From assembly GCA_963808715.1 (NCBI GenBank), contig CAWEHG010000014.1, positions 9,844 to 73,843 of the forward strand: a stretch of 64,000 nucleotides of DNA. Reading direction: 5' to 3'. Within the stretch, counting starts at the first letter, position 1; every line of letters begins with the position of its first letter. The translations under genes were made by a program, and so were the position numbers. Source of the DNA: Ignavibacteriota bacterium. GTDB taxonomy: Bacteria; Bacteroidota; Ignavibacteria; UBA10030; UBA6906. The notes below the pieces were generated by a model, which made no database searches, had not been told where the DNA came from, and was given only the letters and a program-made list of their open reading frames with translations. Positions 54,231-64,000 of this stretch are shown here, piece by piece.

Positions 54231-54387
54231 GCCGTCGCCTCTGGGATCCTGGGCTGTGGAACGCTTCGACACTATGGTACGACCTCCGTGCCAGTTCCGC
54301 AACATTGCCGTATCGATCCTCGTACAATATGGTTAGCCCGTCCGGAACCCTAATTCTTCTGAACACTACCAAATCACTGGAGGTCCT

Positions 54388-56399
54388 ATGGTAAGGATCT
54401 TCCCCTGATCCTTGTTCTGCTCTTTGTGGCCGGCTGCTCGAAAGGCCCCGGCGCATCGGGCATCGACGCGTCCATGATGGACCGGTCCGTCCCGGCCCAG
54501 AGAGACCTTTACCGCCACATGAACGGCACCTGGCTGCAGAAATTCGACATCCCGGCGGACAAGTCGAACTACGGCGCCTTCTCCAAGCTCGCGGACGATG
54601 CCGAGAAGAATCTCCGTTCGATCATCGACGAGGCGGCCCGGACCTCGCCCAAGGAGAATGGCTCCCCGGCCCAGAAGGTCGGCGACATGTACGCCAGCTT
54701 CATGGACAGCGCCCGGATCGAGCAGATCGGGCTCGACGCCATCCGCGCCGACCTCCAGGCGATCGCGGCCGTCAAGACCCCCGCGGAGCTGACCGACCTG
54801 GCGGGGAAACTCCGCGGGAAGGCCTGTTCGGCCCCTTCGTCCAATTCGTTGGCGCGGACGAAAAGAACTCCACGCAATATATCGTGAACGTCTACCAGTC
54901 CGGCCTGACCCTCCCCGACCGCGACTACTACCTGCGCGAGGACGAGAAGTTCCGGGAGTTCCGCTCCAAACTCGCGCGCCCACATCGAGAAGATGTTCAC
55001 CCTTGCCGGCCTCCCCGATCCGTCAGCTTCCTCCGGCAGGGTCGTGAAGCTCGAAATGGCTCTGGCGAAGGCGCAGTGGTCCAAGGTGGAGAACCGGGAC
55101 CGGGACAAGACCTACAACAAGATCGCCCTGGCCGGGATGGCCGCCGCGTACCCGGGCTTTAACTGGAAAGCCTATGCCGACGCGGCGGGGTTCGGCACGC
55201 AGACCGACGTGCGGGTCTATCAACCCACCTACCTCAAGGCCCTGGGCTCCCTGTTCACTTCGGCGCCGCTGGCCGACTGGAAGACCTACTACACCTGGCG
55301 CCTCCTCTCCGGCAGCGCCCCCTACCTGAGCGCCGCGTTCGTGCAGGAAGATTTCGCCTTCAGCGAAAAGACCATCCAGGGGATCCAGGAAATGCGCCCC
55401 CGGTGGAAACGCGGCGTGAGCGCGGTCGAAGATGCGATGGGTGAACAGGTCGGGAAGGTCTACGTCGAACGGCACTTCAAGCCCGAAGCCAAGGAACGGA
55501 TGGTGCGCCTGGTCGCCAACCTCCGGACGCGTTCCGCGAACGGATCAACGGACTGGAATGGATGAGCGCCGAGACGAAGACCAAAGCGCTCGAGAAGCTG
55601 GCGAAGTTCGGAACGAAGATCGGATACCCCGACAAGTGGCGGGACTATTCCGCCCTCACCATCGTGGCGGGCGACCTGATCGGCAACGTCAGGCGGGCGA
55701 ACGCATTCGAGTACAACCGCCAGATGCAGAAGCTCGGCAAGCCGATCGACCGGACGGAATGGCTCATGACGCCGCAGACGGTCAACGCCTACTATCTTCC
55801 CACGATGAACGAAGTGGTCTTCCCGGCCGCGATCCTTCAGCCTCCGTTCTTCAACCCCGAGGCGGACGACGCCGTGAATTATGGCGCCATCGGCGCAGTG
55901 ATCGGGCACGAGATGACCCACGGCTTCGACGACCAGGGAAGGAAATCCGACGGGGACGGCAACCTGAACGACTGGTGGACCAAGAGTGACGGCGAGCAGT
56001 TCGACGCCGCGCCCAGGTGATGGTCGCGCAATACAATGCCTTTTCGCCGATCGACACGATGAAGGTGAACGGGCAGATGACGCTCGGCGAGAACATCGCC
56101 GACCTGGGCGGTCTGACGATCGCCATGCCGCGTACAAGCGGTCGCTCGACGGCAAGCAGGCCCCGGTCATCGATGGCTTCACCGGCGATCAGCGGTTCTT
56201 CCTCGGATGGGCGCAGGTGTGGGCGCGCAAGTACCGCGACGATGAGCTGAGGCGGCGACTCCTGGTGGACGTCCACTCTCCCTCGGAGTACCGGACCAAC
56301 GGGATCGTGGCGAACATGCCGGAGTTCTATGCCGCGTTCGACGTCAAGCAGGGGGATCCCCTCTTCCGGCCGGAAACGGAACGGGTGAAGATCTGGTAG
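54388..56399 (+). CDS. M13-family zinc metallopeptidase (PepO / endothelin-converting-enzyme-like) lipoprotein (>=5 frame breaks)
   Basis: GGAGG then ATG at 54388. The C4 run 54402-54405 breaks the lipobox leader LLFVAGC. HEMTHGFD (HExxH) and GENIADLGG. Further breaks near 54835, 54975, 55530, 56010 and 56130. Confidence 0.85.
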
Positions 56400-56413
56400 G
56401 AGGTACCGCTGCA

Positions 56414-56443
56414 GGAGCCCGGCCGATCCACCGACCGGGCTCC
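56414..56443. terminator. stem-loop between convergent genes
   Basis: GGAGCCCGG-N12-CCGGGCTCC, read directly. No clear T-tract. Confidence 0.4.
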
Positions 56444-56458
56444 GAGCATCGATGGATC

Positions 56459-57034
56459 TTACTGTGCTGCTTGCATCGGCGGGATCGGATCATGGGTCTT
56501 GTTCTTGACCGGCGGCAGCGATCTCAGATACGCGAACATGGCCCTGAGGTCGTCGTCGGTCATCTGTCCGATGCTTTGCCACGGCATGGGTGGAAGGATG
56601 TCACGGGAAGAGCCCATGAACTTGCCCGTCCGTAACGTCTTGATGAACATCTCCTCCGGCCAGTCCCCGATCCCCGTCTGACGGTCCGGGGTGAGGTTGT
56701 ACGCGAAGCTCACCCCCCAGGGACCCGCCCACGCAGTAAGGTGCTCATTGGTCACCGCCATCCACTTGCCGGGACCCAGGACTCCCTGCGGGATCTCGGC
56801 CAGCGGGGCATCGGCCGGGTGGCCCGAGAGGAGCCGCGTAGTATCGAAAGCCGGTCCCGCGGGCGTCATGATCTTCGGGGTGTGGCAATCATTGCAGCCC
56901 CCCACCATCACGAGGTACTTCCCGCGCTCCACTTGCGACTGCCCACCCTCCTGCTTCGCACAACCTCCAACAAGCCCCACTGTTGCTGCCACCAGAACGA
57001 TGGGAATTCCCATGGACACGATCCGTCGCTTCAT
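56459..57034 (-). CDS. mono-heme c-type cytochrome lipoprotein
   Basis: GGGAGG then ATG at 57034 and leader ...TVGLVGGC. One CxxCH (CNDCH). The C-terminal half resembles modules of the tri-heme protein at 10029-11281. Confidence 0.7.
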   Translation of the reverse strand: MKRRIVSMGIPIVLVAATVGLVGGCAKQEGGQSQVERGKYLVMVGGCNDCHTPKIMTPAGPAFDTTRLLSGHPADAPLAEIPQGVLGPGKWMAVTNEHLTAWAGPWGVSFAYNLTPDRQTGIGDWPEEMFIKTLRTGKFMGSSRDILPPMPWQSIGQMTDDDLRAMFAYLRSLPPVKNKTHDPIPPMQAAQ

Positions 57035-57417
57035 CGCAAACCTCCCTGATTGTGGTGGATTGGTGGAACAGAGTTGACCGGGCGAACGCGGTCCGCGCCG
57101 TCGAGGCGCAGGCCGCCAGGCCCGGGTGGATCGATATCCGTCAGACAGAGGGTCTCGTCGAAAGAAGCCGGGGATCTTTGAAACCGAAGCGCGCCATGTG
57201 ACGCTTGGCGCAAGAAGGGTTCGGAGGACGCTGGACGTGCCGCTGCGTCTCCTGCCGCGAGAGGATGCGATGGGGATGGCCGATGGGGGATAGCAGGACT
57301 CGGAACACATCGGCATGTCAAAAGAACGGGACTGCCCACAACACGTCCATAGTATCTGGTCGGGGGATCAGAGTCAAGACCCCTGTGATTACCGGCTTCC
57401 CGGTCCGGCCCCCTGGA

Positions 57418-57446
57418 TTGACAATGGGCCACCGAGTGGGTAGATT
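57418..57446 (+). promoter_or_regulatory. putative sigma70-type promoter TTGACA-17-TAGATT
   Basis: -35 at 57418-57423 and -10 at 57441-57446, about 60 nt upstream of the ATG at 57509. Confidence 0.4.
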
Positions 57447-57508
57447 CTTGCTGCAGCGAGGCTCGCGCACTGACGCCGGGAAGGCCATCAAACGAGGAGG
57501 AGCGGTGC

Positions 57509-59422
57509 ATGTTCGTTGCTTATGATCCCACCGGGGTGATCCACCGCTGCCCCGCTCGCGCCACACGGACCGTCTGGCCGGTCGTAGCGCTGCTCCTTCT
57601 GGTCGCACCCGCGCTCTATCCCCAGGTCACCACCGACCTGACGATCACGATGTCCGACGGTGTCCTGCTGGAGGCCACCATTTCCACCCCCGCAGGCGCG
57701 GTCCCCCCGACAGGCTTTCCAGGGATCGTCTTCATCCACGGCTACGGCGGCAACAAGACCGACTACGCGAATGTCGCCCAGTACCTGACAGCCCAGGGAT
57801 ATGCCTCCCTCCTGTACAGCGTGCGGGGACAGGGAAATTCCGGCGGCCTTTCCACGACCATGGGGGAACGGGAACGCCTGGACCTGCAGGCGGTGATCCG
57901 GTTCTTCCGCTCCTTTGCCGGCATCGATTCCGCACGGATCGGCGTCGCCGGCGGCTCGCAGGGAGGCATCCATGCCTGGATGGCGGCGGCGTACAACATG
58001 CCGGGCGTCATCGCGGTCGCTACCCTGGTGGCACCGCCGTCGTTCGCCCTCGACCTGATCCCGTCCAACTGCTTCAAACAACAACTCTGGGCCGAACTCT
58101 CCCTCTCCACGGTCCGCTACGACCCGCAACGGGAATTGCTCAAGGACTTCATCGTCGCCGGACAATACGACAGCGTCCGTGCCATCGTCTCCGCGAGGGA
58201 TCTCGAGCGCCTCCTCGACAGCGTCCGGGTGCCGGTCATGCAGCTGCTGGGCTGGGCCGACGTGATCTTTCCGGTCAACGGCGCCATCCGGACACTCCAG
58301 CGGCTTTCGTCGCGCGGCGTGCCCATCCGGTCGTACTTCGGCACGAACGGCCACGGGGAACCGCTGAACCTCAACGAGACCTTTTTCATGCTCGCGTACA
58401 TGACCTCCTGGTTCGATCACTGGTTCAAGGGGACACCGCTGGAGCGCGCAGAGGAGCCCTTCGTCGTCTTCGCCGACAACCGGCCGGGATGGCCGCATCG
58501 TGAGACTGTGGGCTGGCCACCGCAACCGGCAGGCGGCGTTCGACTCTTCCTTTCGGGAACGGCGATAAGGTCGACACCACCCGTCACCAGCACTGAAACA
58601 CCGTTCTCCCTCACGTATGATCCCGCCTATACCCCCGCGCAGGGATGGGCCGATGGATACCAGGGAACAGCGTTCCTGAAGGCGTTCCGGGCAGCACCGG
58701 CCCGGTTCCTCTCGGCCCCGCTCGCGGACACGCTCGACATCACGGGCATCCCGCGTGTCACGCTTGTGACACGTTCGCCGGCCACACAGTATCAGGCGAA
58801 CGTACGACTTTTCGACGTGATCCCGGCCGACACCGGACTGGTCTGGACCGTGATCACCCACGGTGCGAATGGCGTCATCACCCCGTACCCCGGTTCCGCC
58901 TCCACACGGGTGATCGACTGCGAGGCACTTTCCCATCACGTCAGCCCCGGACATCGGATCGGACTGGAGGTAACGTCGCTCGACCTCTACGACTCACAGC
59001 GCGCCCATATCATCCCCTATTTCGCTGGAACCTCTGCCACCGTGGTAAACACTCCGGATCTTTACGCGACGCTGGACCTCCCCCTGATCGGGAGCGCCAC
59101 GTTCACCTCGGTGACGGCGAGCGCGACGGATCTCCCCGGCGAGTTCATGCTGCATCAGAACTACCCGAACCCGTTCAATCCCACGACCACGATCGAATAT
59201 GCCGTCGCACAGGCCCGCGGCCAGGGGGCCGGGACCGGCCGCGTCAGACTCGTCGTGTACGACCTCCTGGGCCGCGAGGTGGCGACGCTGGTCGACGAAG
59301 TGCAACCCGCCGGAAACTACGCGGTCACGTTCGACGCGGGGGGGCTGGCATCGGGGACGTATGTCTACCGGCTGTCGGCCGCGGGAAGATCCATGACGAA
59401 GCGAATGGTCGTGGTCCGGTAG
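57509..59422 (+). CDS. CocE/NonD (S15 X-Pro dipeptidyl-peptidase-like) alpha/beta hydrolase with T9SS C-terminal sorting domain
   Basis: GGAGGAG then ATG. ITMSDGVLLEA...GIVFIHGYGG and nucleophile elbow GGSQGG. C-terminal NYPNPFNPTTTIEY...VVYDLLGREVATLV...GTYVYRL. Intact 637 aa. Confidence 0.7.
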   Translation: MFVAYDPTGVIHRCPARATRTVWPVVALLLLVAPALYPQVTTDLTITMSDGVLLEATISTPAGAVPPTGFPGIVFIHGYGGNKTDYANVAQYLTAQGYASLLYSVRGQGNSGGLSTTMGERERLDLQAVIRFFRSFAGIDSARIGVAGGSQGGIHAWMAAAYNMPGVIAVATLVAPPSFALDLIPSNCFKQQLWAELSLSTVRYDPQRELLKDFIVAGQYDSVRAIVSARDLERLLDSVRVPVMQLLGWADVIFPVNGAIRTLQRLSSRGVPIRSYFGTNGHGEPLNLNETFFMLAYMTSWFDHWFKGTPLERAEEPFVVFADNRPGWPHRETVGWPPQPAGGVRLFLSGTAIRSTPPVTSTETPFSLTYDPAYTPAQGWADGYQGTAFLKAFRAAPARFLSAPLADTLDITGIPRVTLVTRSPATQYQANVRLFDVIPADTGLVWTVITHGANGVITPYPGSASTRVIDCEALSHHVSPGHRIGLEVTSLDLYDSQRAHIIPYFAGTSATVVNTPDLYATLDLPLIGSATFTSVTASATDLPGEFMLHQNYPNPFNPTTTIEYAVAQARGQGAGTGRVRLVVYDLLGREVATLVDEVQPAGNYAVTFDAGGLASGTYVYRLSAAGRSMTKRMVVVR

Positions 59423-59537
59423 TGATCGGAAGGCCGGGGGCCGAACCCTTGGCCCCCGGTCCTGTCGGTCTCCGCATTGCTTCTCCAGCTCCCCTCGCGT
59501 ACATTGTGTCTCATTCCTTCCCAACGGAGAACCGCTG

Positions 59538-62093
59538 ATGCGCACCATTCCGTGCTCCTTCGCAGCCGTACTGTGCATATTCGTTGCGCAGCTTTCGTAC
59601 GCCCAGCCTGCCGGCATCCCGACGCCGTCGGAACACCTGGGCTTCACCGTGGGAGCCGACAGGACACTTGCCGACTACCGGCAGATCTCCTCGTACTTCA
59701 AGAAGCTGGCAGAGCTGTCGCCGCGGGTGGATCTGGAGATCCTCGGCCCCACCACGCTGGGGAACGAGATGCTGATGGCGGTCATCTCCTCGGAGCAGAA
59801 CCTCCGGGACAAGGAAAAATACAGGGCGATCGCCCGCGGACTCGCCGATCCCCGCGGCCGAACGCCGCAGGAGATCGCCTCCATGGTGAGCGAAGGGAAG
59901 GTGATCCTGCTGGTCACCTGCAGTATCCACGCCTCGGAGATCGGCGCATCGCAGATGGCCATGGAATGGGCGCATGCCCTCGCGACCGCCCGGGACCCTG
60001 AGACGCTCCGCCGGCTGGAGAACGTCATCCTGCTGCTCGCCCCCTCCATCAATCCCGACGGGAACATCATGGAGGTCGAGTGGTACAGAAAATGGCTGGG
60101 CACGCCGTACGAAGGCGGACGCCTCCCGTGGTTGTACCATCACTACACCGGGCACGACGACAACCGCGATTGGTTCATGCTGACCCAGAAGGAGACCAGG
60201 GCGTTGAACCGCGCGGCCTACCACGAGTGGTTCCCCCAGGTCTGGCTCGACGAGCACCAGATGGGGGCGACCGGCCCGCGACTGTTCGTGCCGCCCTACA
60301 ACAACCCGGTGGCGCCGAATGTCCACCCGCTGATCTGGCGGTCGGTCGACGTCATCGGCACCATGATGTCCCTCCGCCTGGAGCAGGCCGGCAAGAGCGG
60401 CGTGGCGTATGGCTACCTGTTCGATGCCTACTGGCCGGGCGGCACGAAGAACACCGCATGGTGGAAGAACGTGGTCGGCCTCCTGACGGAGATGGCCTCC
60501 GTCCGCATCGCCACCCCGATCGACGTGAGCCCGACGGAGCTCTCCGGCGGCGCCAAGGGGCTGACCGAATACCAGCCACAGGTCAACTTCCCCAATCCGT
60601 GGCCGGGAGGAACATGGCGTCTGCGCGACATCATGGACTATGAACGGATCGCCTCGGATGCGCTGCTGGAAGCCTGCGCGTCGCACCGGGAGGATTTTCT
60701 GCGCAACATCGCCCTGATGGCCCTCAACGGCGTCGCCCTCGGCGATACGGCGGTCTACTGGCAGATCCCCCTCGAGCAACGGGACCCGGCCACGGCGGCC
60801 CGGCTCGCGCACATCCTGCGCGACAACGGGGCGGACGTCCGATTCTCCCCTCGAACCGGAGCGTTCTACCTCCCCACCGCGCAGCCCTACGCCCGGTTCG
60901 TCAACGAGTTCCTCGGCACGCAGAAGTATCCCGAGGTCAAGCCGACACCAGGGGCGCCGATCCTGGAACCCTACGACATGACCGCCTGGTCGCTGCCGTT
61001 GATGATGGATGTCACGGTGTCAAAGGTGCGCCTCTCCCCCGCGCTCGCCGGGGAACTGCGTCCGGCCCTCGAATCCGACGGACCGGCCCCCGAGGCCTCG
61101 GCAGGGACCGCCTACCTCGCCGTGCCGCGCAGCTCCAACAACGCCGCGCGGGCGATCAACCTCCTCGCGGAACGAAAGATCGCCGTGCGCATCGCCGATG
61201 CGGCGTTCATGGCCGACGGTCCATCCATGGATCCGGGCGCGATCGTGGTAGAAAACTCGGCGGCGACACGGGAGCTCCTGAAGACCCTTGGGGTCCGCGC
61301 CTACGGCCTCGGCACCCTTCCTCCCGCCACCAGCCTCCGTATCCCGCGAACCGGGATGTACAAGCCCTATCTGGCATCGATGGACGAAGGGTGGACCCGG
61401 TGGATCCTGGAAGAGTACCACTTCCCGCTGAAGAACATCGAGAACAAGGGGATGAAGGCGGGGAAGTTCGACAAGGAATACGACGTGATCATCCTCCCGG
61501 ACATCGGCCGCGAGGTGATCGTGGACGGCAAACGGAAACGCAACGAAGGTGAGATGAAATACGTCGTGGACCTCCCCCCCGACTACACCGGAGGGATCGG
61601 GAAAGAAGGGGTGAAGAACCTCAAGGAATTCGTCGAACAGGGAGGAACGTTGATCACCCTGGGATCCTCTGCGGACCTGGTGATGGAGGAGTTCAACGTG
61701 CCGGTGAGCAACGCCCTCGCCAGAGCGGGAGACAGCTTTGAATGTCCCGGCTCGATCCTGCGCTTGTCGGTCGACCCGTCCCATCCTGTAGGCTACGGCA
61801 TGCCATCGTCGGTCCCCGCGTTCGTGAACGAGCCGATCGCGTTCAATACCGCCATCCCCGGCGCGGAGATGACCCGCAGGGTCCTGGCCTGGTACCCCGA
61901 CGACACGGACGGGATGGTCCTCTCCGGGTGGATCAAGGGGGCCGAGCGGCTGAAAAGGAAGGCGGCGGCGGTGGCGCTGACCTACGGCAAGGGGAAGATC
62001 GTGATGTTCGGCTTCCGCGTGCAGCACCGGGCGCAGACCGAAGGGACGTTCAAGCTGCTCTTCAACGCGATCTACTGGGGGGCGAAGCAGTAG
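59538..62093 (+). CDS. M14-family metallocarboxypeptidase-like protein with large C-terminal extension
   Basis: Signal peptide ...FVAQLSYAQ. HxxE zinc motif in CSIHASEIG and NPDG block. Intact 851 aa. Confidence 0.7.
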   Translation: MRTIPCSFAAVLCIFVAQLSYAQPAGIPTPSEHLGFTVGADRTLADYRQISSYFKKLAELSPRVDLEILGPTTLGNEMLMAVISSEQNLRDKEKYRAIARGLADPRGRTPQEIASMVSEGKVILLVTCSIHASEIGASQMAMEWAHALATARDPETLRRLENVILLLAPSINPDGNIMEVEWYRKWLGTPYEGGRLPWLYHHYTGHDDNRDWFMLTQKETRALNRAAYHEWFPQVWLDEHQMGATGPRLFVPPYNNPVAPNVHPLIWRSVDVIGTMMSLRLEQAGKSGVAYGYLFDAYWPGGTKNTAWWKNVVGLLTEMASVRIATPIDVSPTELSGGAKGLTEYQPQVNFPNPWPGGTWRLRDIMDYERIASDALLEACASHREDFLRNIALMALNGVALGDTAVYWQIPLEQRDPATAARLAHILRDNGADVRFSPRTGAFYLPTAQPYARFVNEFLGTQKYPEVKPTPGAPILEPYDMTAWSLPLMMDVTVSKVRLSPALAGELRPALESDGPAPEASAGTAYLAVPRSSNNAARAINLLAERKIAVRIADAAFMADGPSMDPGAIVVENSAATRELLKTLGVRAYGLGTLPPATSLRIPRTGMYKPYLASMDEGWTRWILEEYHFPLKNIENKGMKAGKFDKEYDVIILPDIGREVIVDGKRKRNEGEMKYVVDLPPDYTGGIGKEGVKNLKEFVEQGGTLITLGSSADLVMEEFNVPVSNALARAGDSFECPGSILRLSVDPSHPVGYGMPSSVPAFVNEPIAFNTAIPGAEMTRRVLAWYPDDTDGMVLSGWIKGAERLKRKAAAVALTYGKGKIVMFGFRVQHRAQTEGTFKLLFNAIYWGAKQ

Positions 62094-62129
62094 CAGGCTT
62101 GCCGGGTATCTCGATGCCTCCGTGACCGA

Positions 62130-63296
62130 TCAATGCTTGACGATCAGAGGAAGGTCAAGCCACGCCAGCCCCACGTCACGCCGCATGTGGCTCGCCGCTC
62201 CCGGCGGAATGCCTTCGCCTGCGTGGCCGTCGTAGAACAGGGCGAGACGCTCACCGAAGCGGACGACCGACGGGAGGCCGATGATCTCCTTCGACCAGCT
62301 GCAGTTCTCGCCGTCGAGGACGATCGCCTTGTTGGCCGGATCCCACCGTTCGGGATCGTTCGTCCAGTAGACCCAGACCGCGTCGGTATACTCCAGTCCG
62401 TCCCTGACACCCACGTGGTTCGTAAAAAGGAACCAGGTGCCGCTCGTCTCCTGATAATAGATGGAGCTGTTCTCCACCTGTTCTCCGGGGGGCAGGATGG
62501 GCCGTTCACCGATCTGCCACCGTCCGTTCAGATCGCGGGTCCGGGCAATGCCGATCGTCCGGAGGATGGGACGGTCCGTCGAGGCGCTAAAGAACATCAG
62601 GTATTCTCTCCTCCACCTCAGGATGTACCCCGGGCTGGCCGTGACGCTGTAGTACGTTCCGGGACGGGGGGCGAACGGAACAATGTCGTACCGTTTGGTC
62701 CACGGTCCGGCGGGGCCCGACCCTTCCGCCTTCATCGTGAGATACGGGAAGGCCGGTATCAGGTCCGGGGCTGGCGAGGTGTTGGGGGTGCCGAGATAAA
62801 ACATGTGCCAGGCGTCCCCCTCCTGGAATGTGAGCCCGTACGACGCCGAGGCGGCATCCCTTTCTCCCTGCTGTCCGAGCTCCAGCACGGGACCCTTCGT
62901 GATCCAGTGGAGCGCGTCCGCGCTGACCGCCAGACAGGCAAGCCACCCCTTCCGCCCCGCCCCGTCGTAGTGCATGTAGAGGGTGTCCCGGTGCTTCCAT
63001 ACCCAGACGTCCCGCGCCCCATAGACGTCACATCCGTCGGGGCGTTCCCCGTGCCGCAGAACGACGCCGTGATCCTTCGCATCGAGCCTGAAGCGCGCCG
63101 CGGGGCGGCCGTCCGCGTACACCCGGGGGTGCGCCACCGGAACAATGCTCGTACCTCGCGTCTGACCGACCTGGCTTGTGCCCTGCGGAGCATCGACCTG
63201 CGAGTGGCATCGGGAGCCGAAGACCAGCAGACATGCCGTCAGGGCGATCCCTGCAGCCGTGCCGCGACGTCGTCGAAAGGTGCCGTTAAGACTCAC
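62130..63296 (-). CDS. secreted five-bladed beta-propeller glycoside-hydrolase-like protein (GH43/32/130 superfamily-like)
   Basis: Intact 388 aa. The GTG start overlaps the upstream stop (GTGA). Repeated W..FY/ W.MFY-type blade motifs. The family assignment is tentative. Confidence 0.4.
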   Translation of the reverse strand: MSLNGTFRRRRGTAAGIALTACLLVFGSRCHSQVDAPQGTSQVGQTRGTSIVPVAHPRVYADGRPAARFRLDAKDHGVVLRHGERPDGCDVYGARDVWVWKHRDTLYMHYDGAGRKGWLACLAVSADALHWITKGPVLELGQQGERDAASASYGLTFQEGDAWHMFYLGTPNTSPAPDLIPAFPYLTMKAEGSGPAGPWTKRYDIVPFAPRPGTYYSVTASPGYILRWRREYLMFFSASTDRPILRTIGIARTRDLNGRWQIGERPILPPGEQVENSSIYYQETSGTWFLFTNHVGVRDGLEYTDAVWVYWTNDPERWDPANKAIVLDGENCSWSKEIIGLPSVVRFGERLALFYDGHAGEGIPPGAASHMRRDVGLAWLDLPLIVKH

Positions 63297-64000
63297 CGAC
63301 CCGCCTCCGGGGCACGGTACGGATAGACGAATTCGTAGGACCCCGACCCGGCCTCATAGACCCCCGGACCGACAGCTTTGAGGTCTTTCTGCCGGTCGGC
63401 CGGCACGCCGGACTCCTTCACCTCGCCCGCAACGCCGGGCAGATGGATCGTCGCCCGCACGTTCGCCGGGACGACCACGTTCATGGTCATCGACCCGCCG
63501 GCGATCTTCCACGATGAGCTCACCTGTCCGGCCACCGAGCGGTACCCGACCCGGGCCCAGGTGAGGGTGCCTCCCGGCTGGGGGGCGATCACCAGTCTCC
63601 GGTAGCCCGGGCCTTCGCTCCGGATCCCGCCGATGTTCTCGACCATCCACTGGTAGACCGCTCCGAAGGCATAGTGGGCGAACGAGTTCATTCCCGGATC
63701 CTGGAATCCCTTCTCGGGCGTCCACCCGTCCCAGCGCTCCCAGATGCTGGTGGCCCCGTGGCGGATCGTGAACCCCCACGACGGGAAGGTGTCGTTCTGC
63801 AGGAGCCGGTAGGCGACGTCGTTCCGGCCGATCATCGATAACACCAGCATCAGGTCCTTGGTCCCGACGAACCCGGTGGAAAGTCTCCAGCCGCGGGATT
63901 CGATGTCGGCCACCAGATGCTGCGCCGCTCGCTTCGCGGCATCTCCCTCCACCAGTCCGGACGCCAGTGCCAGCACGTACGCCGTCTGCGTATTCCCCTT
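63293..64000 (-). CDS. alpha-L-rhamnosidase (GH78), C-terminal part; gene continues beyond the window end
   Basis: NTQTAYVLALASGLV...STGFVGTKDLMLVLS...FPSWGFTIRHGATSIWERWDGW... matches my memory of the GH78 catalytic and C-terminal regions. Confidence 0.75.
   Translation of the reverse strand, partial: KGNTQTAYVLALASGLVEGDAAKRAAQHLVADIESRGWRLSTGFVGTKDLMLVLSMIGRNDVAYRLLQNDTFPSWGFTIRHGATSIWERWDGWTPEKGFQDPGMNSFAHYAFGAVYQWMVENIGGIRSEGPGYRRLVIAPQPGGTLTWARVGYRSVAGQVSSSWKIAGGSMTMNVVVPANVRATIHLPGVAGEVKESGVPADRQKDLKAVGPGVYEAGSGSYEFVYPYRAPEAGR

Overview
This is a 64-kb high-GC bacterial chromosomal segment. Hand counts of sample 60-nt lines give 62-68% G+C. It carries about 55 protein-coding genes. 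I could not recognise any rRNA, tRNA, CRISPR array, transposase, integrase or phage gene.

The gene content suggests an FCB-group organism (Bacteroidota/Ignavibacteriota/Rhodothermota-like): two T9SS-type C-terminal sorting domains, GH97/GH78-type glycosidases, a Reg_prop beta-propeller sensor, a hybrid HisKA-REC-AraC regulator, and many secreted peptidases and serine hydrolases. That placement rests on motif memory, not on a search.

Layout:
- 0.3-1.0 kb: YbaK-like domain and zinc-ribbon proteins.
- 3.0-7.7 kb: Ser/Thr kinase followed by a hybrid two-component regulator.
- 10-15 kb: tri-heme cytochrome c, a low-GC ICL/PEP-mutase-family gene, and a decarboxylase plus EamA transporter pair.
- 15.2-20.6 kb: eight-gene ars operon, arsR-arsM-arsP-like-trx-trx(exported)-ccdA-arsC-acr3.
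- 20.7-22.9 kb: divergent quinol-type NO reductase.
- 23-27.4 kb: propeller/SpoIIE sensor phosphatase and a serine hydrolase.
- 27.6-33.9 kb: SDR, GH97, URO-D-like and beta-helix genes.
- 33.9-43.2 kb: M50 protease, outer-membrane barrel, two MDR dehydrogenases, APC permease, AKR-RidA and a GH-like gene.
- 43.5-52.9 kb: cold-shock gene, desaturase and a run of small stress and redox enzymes, plus an ECF-type sigma factor with two YciI genes.
- 52.9-64 kb: secreted hydrolases and peptidases, and a rhamnosidase operon.

Most notable observations:
1. The ars operon combines methylation and efflux with an exported thiol-reductase arm.
2. There are roughly 50-60 single-base frame breaks, often at homopolymers, and they are very unevenly distributed. 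I think most are consensus errors, so I call affected genes as CDS and note the breaks.
3. A 0.8-kb gene of about 40% GC sits inside about 65% GC DNA.
4. Several junctions have no stop codon between genes (arsC/acr3, AKR/RidA, hydrolase/sensor).

I found no convincing defence system or mobile element. All family calls come from motifs read by eye. Frame-break coordinates are approximate, about +/-10 nt.
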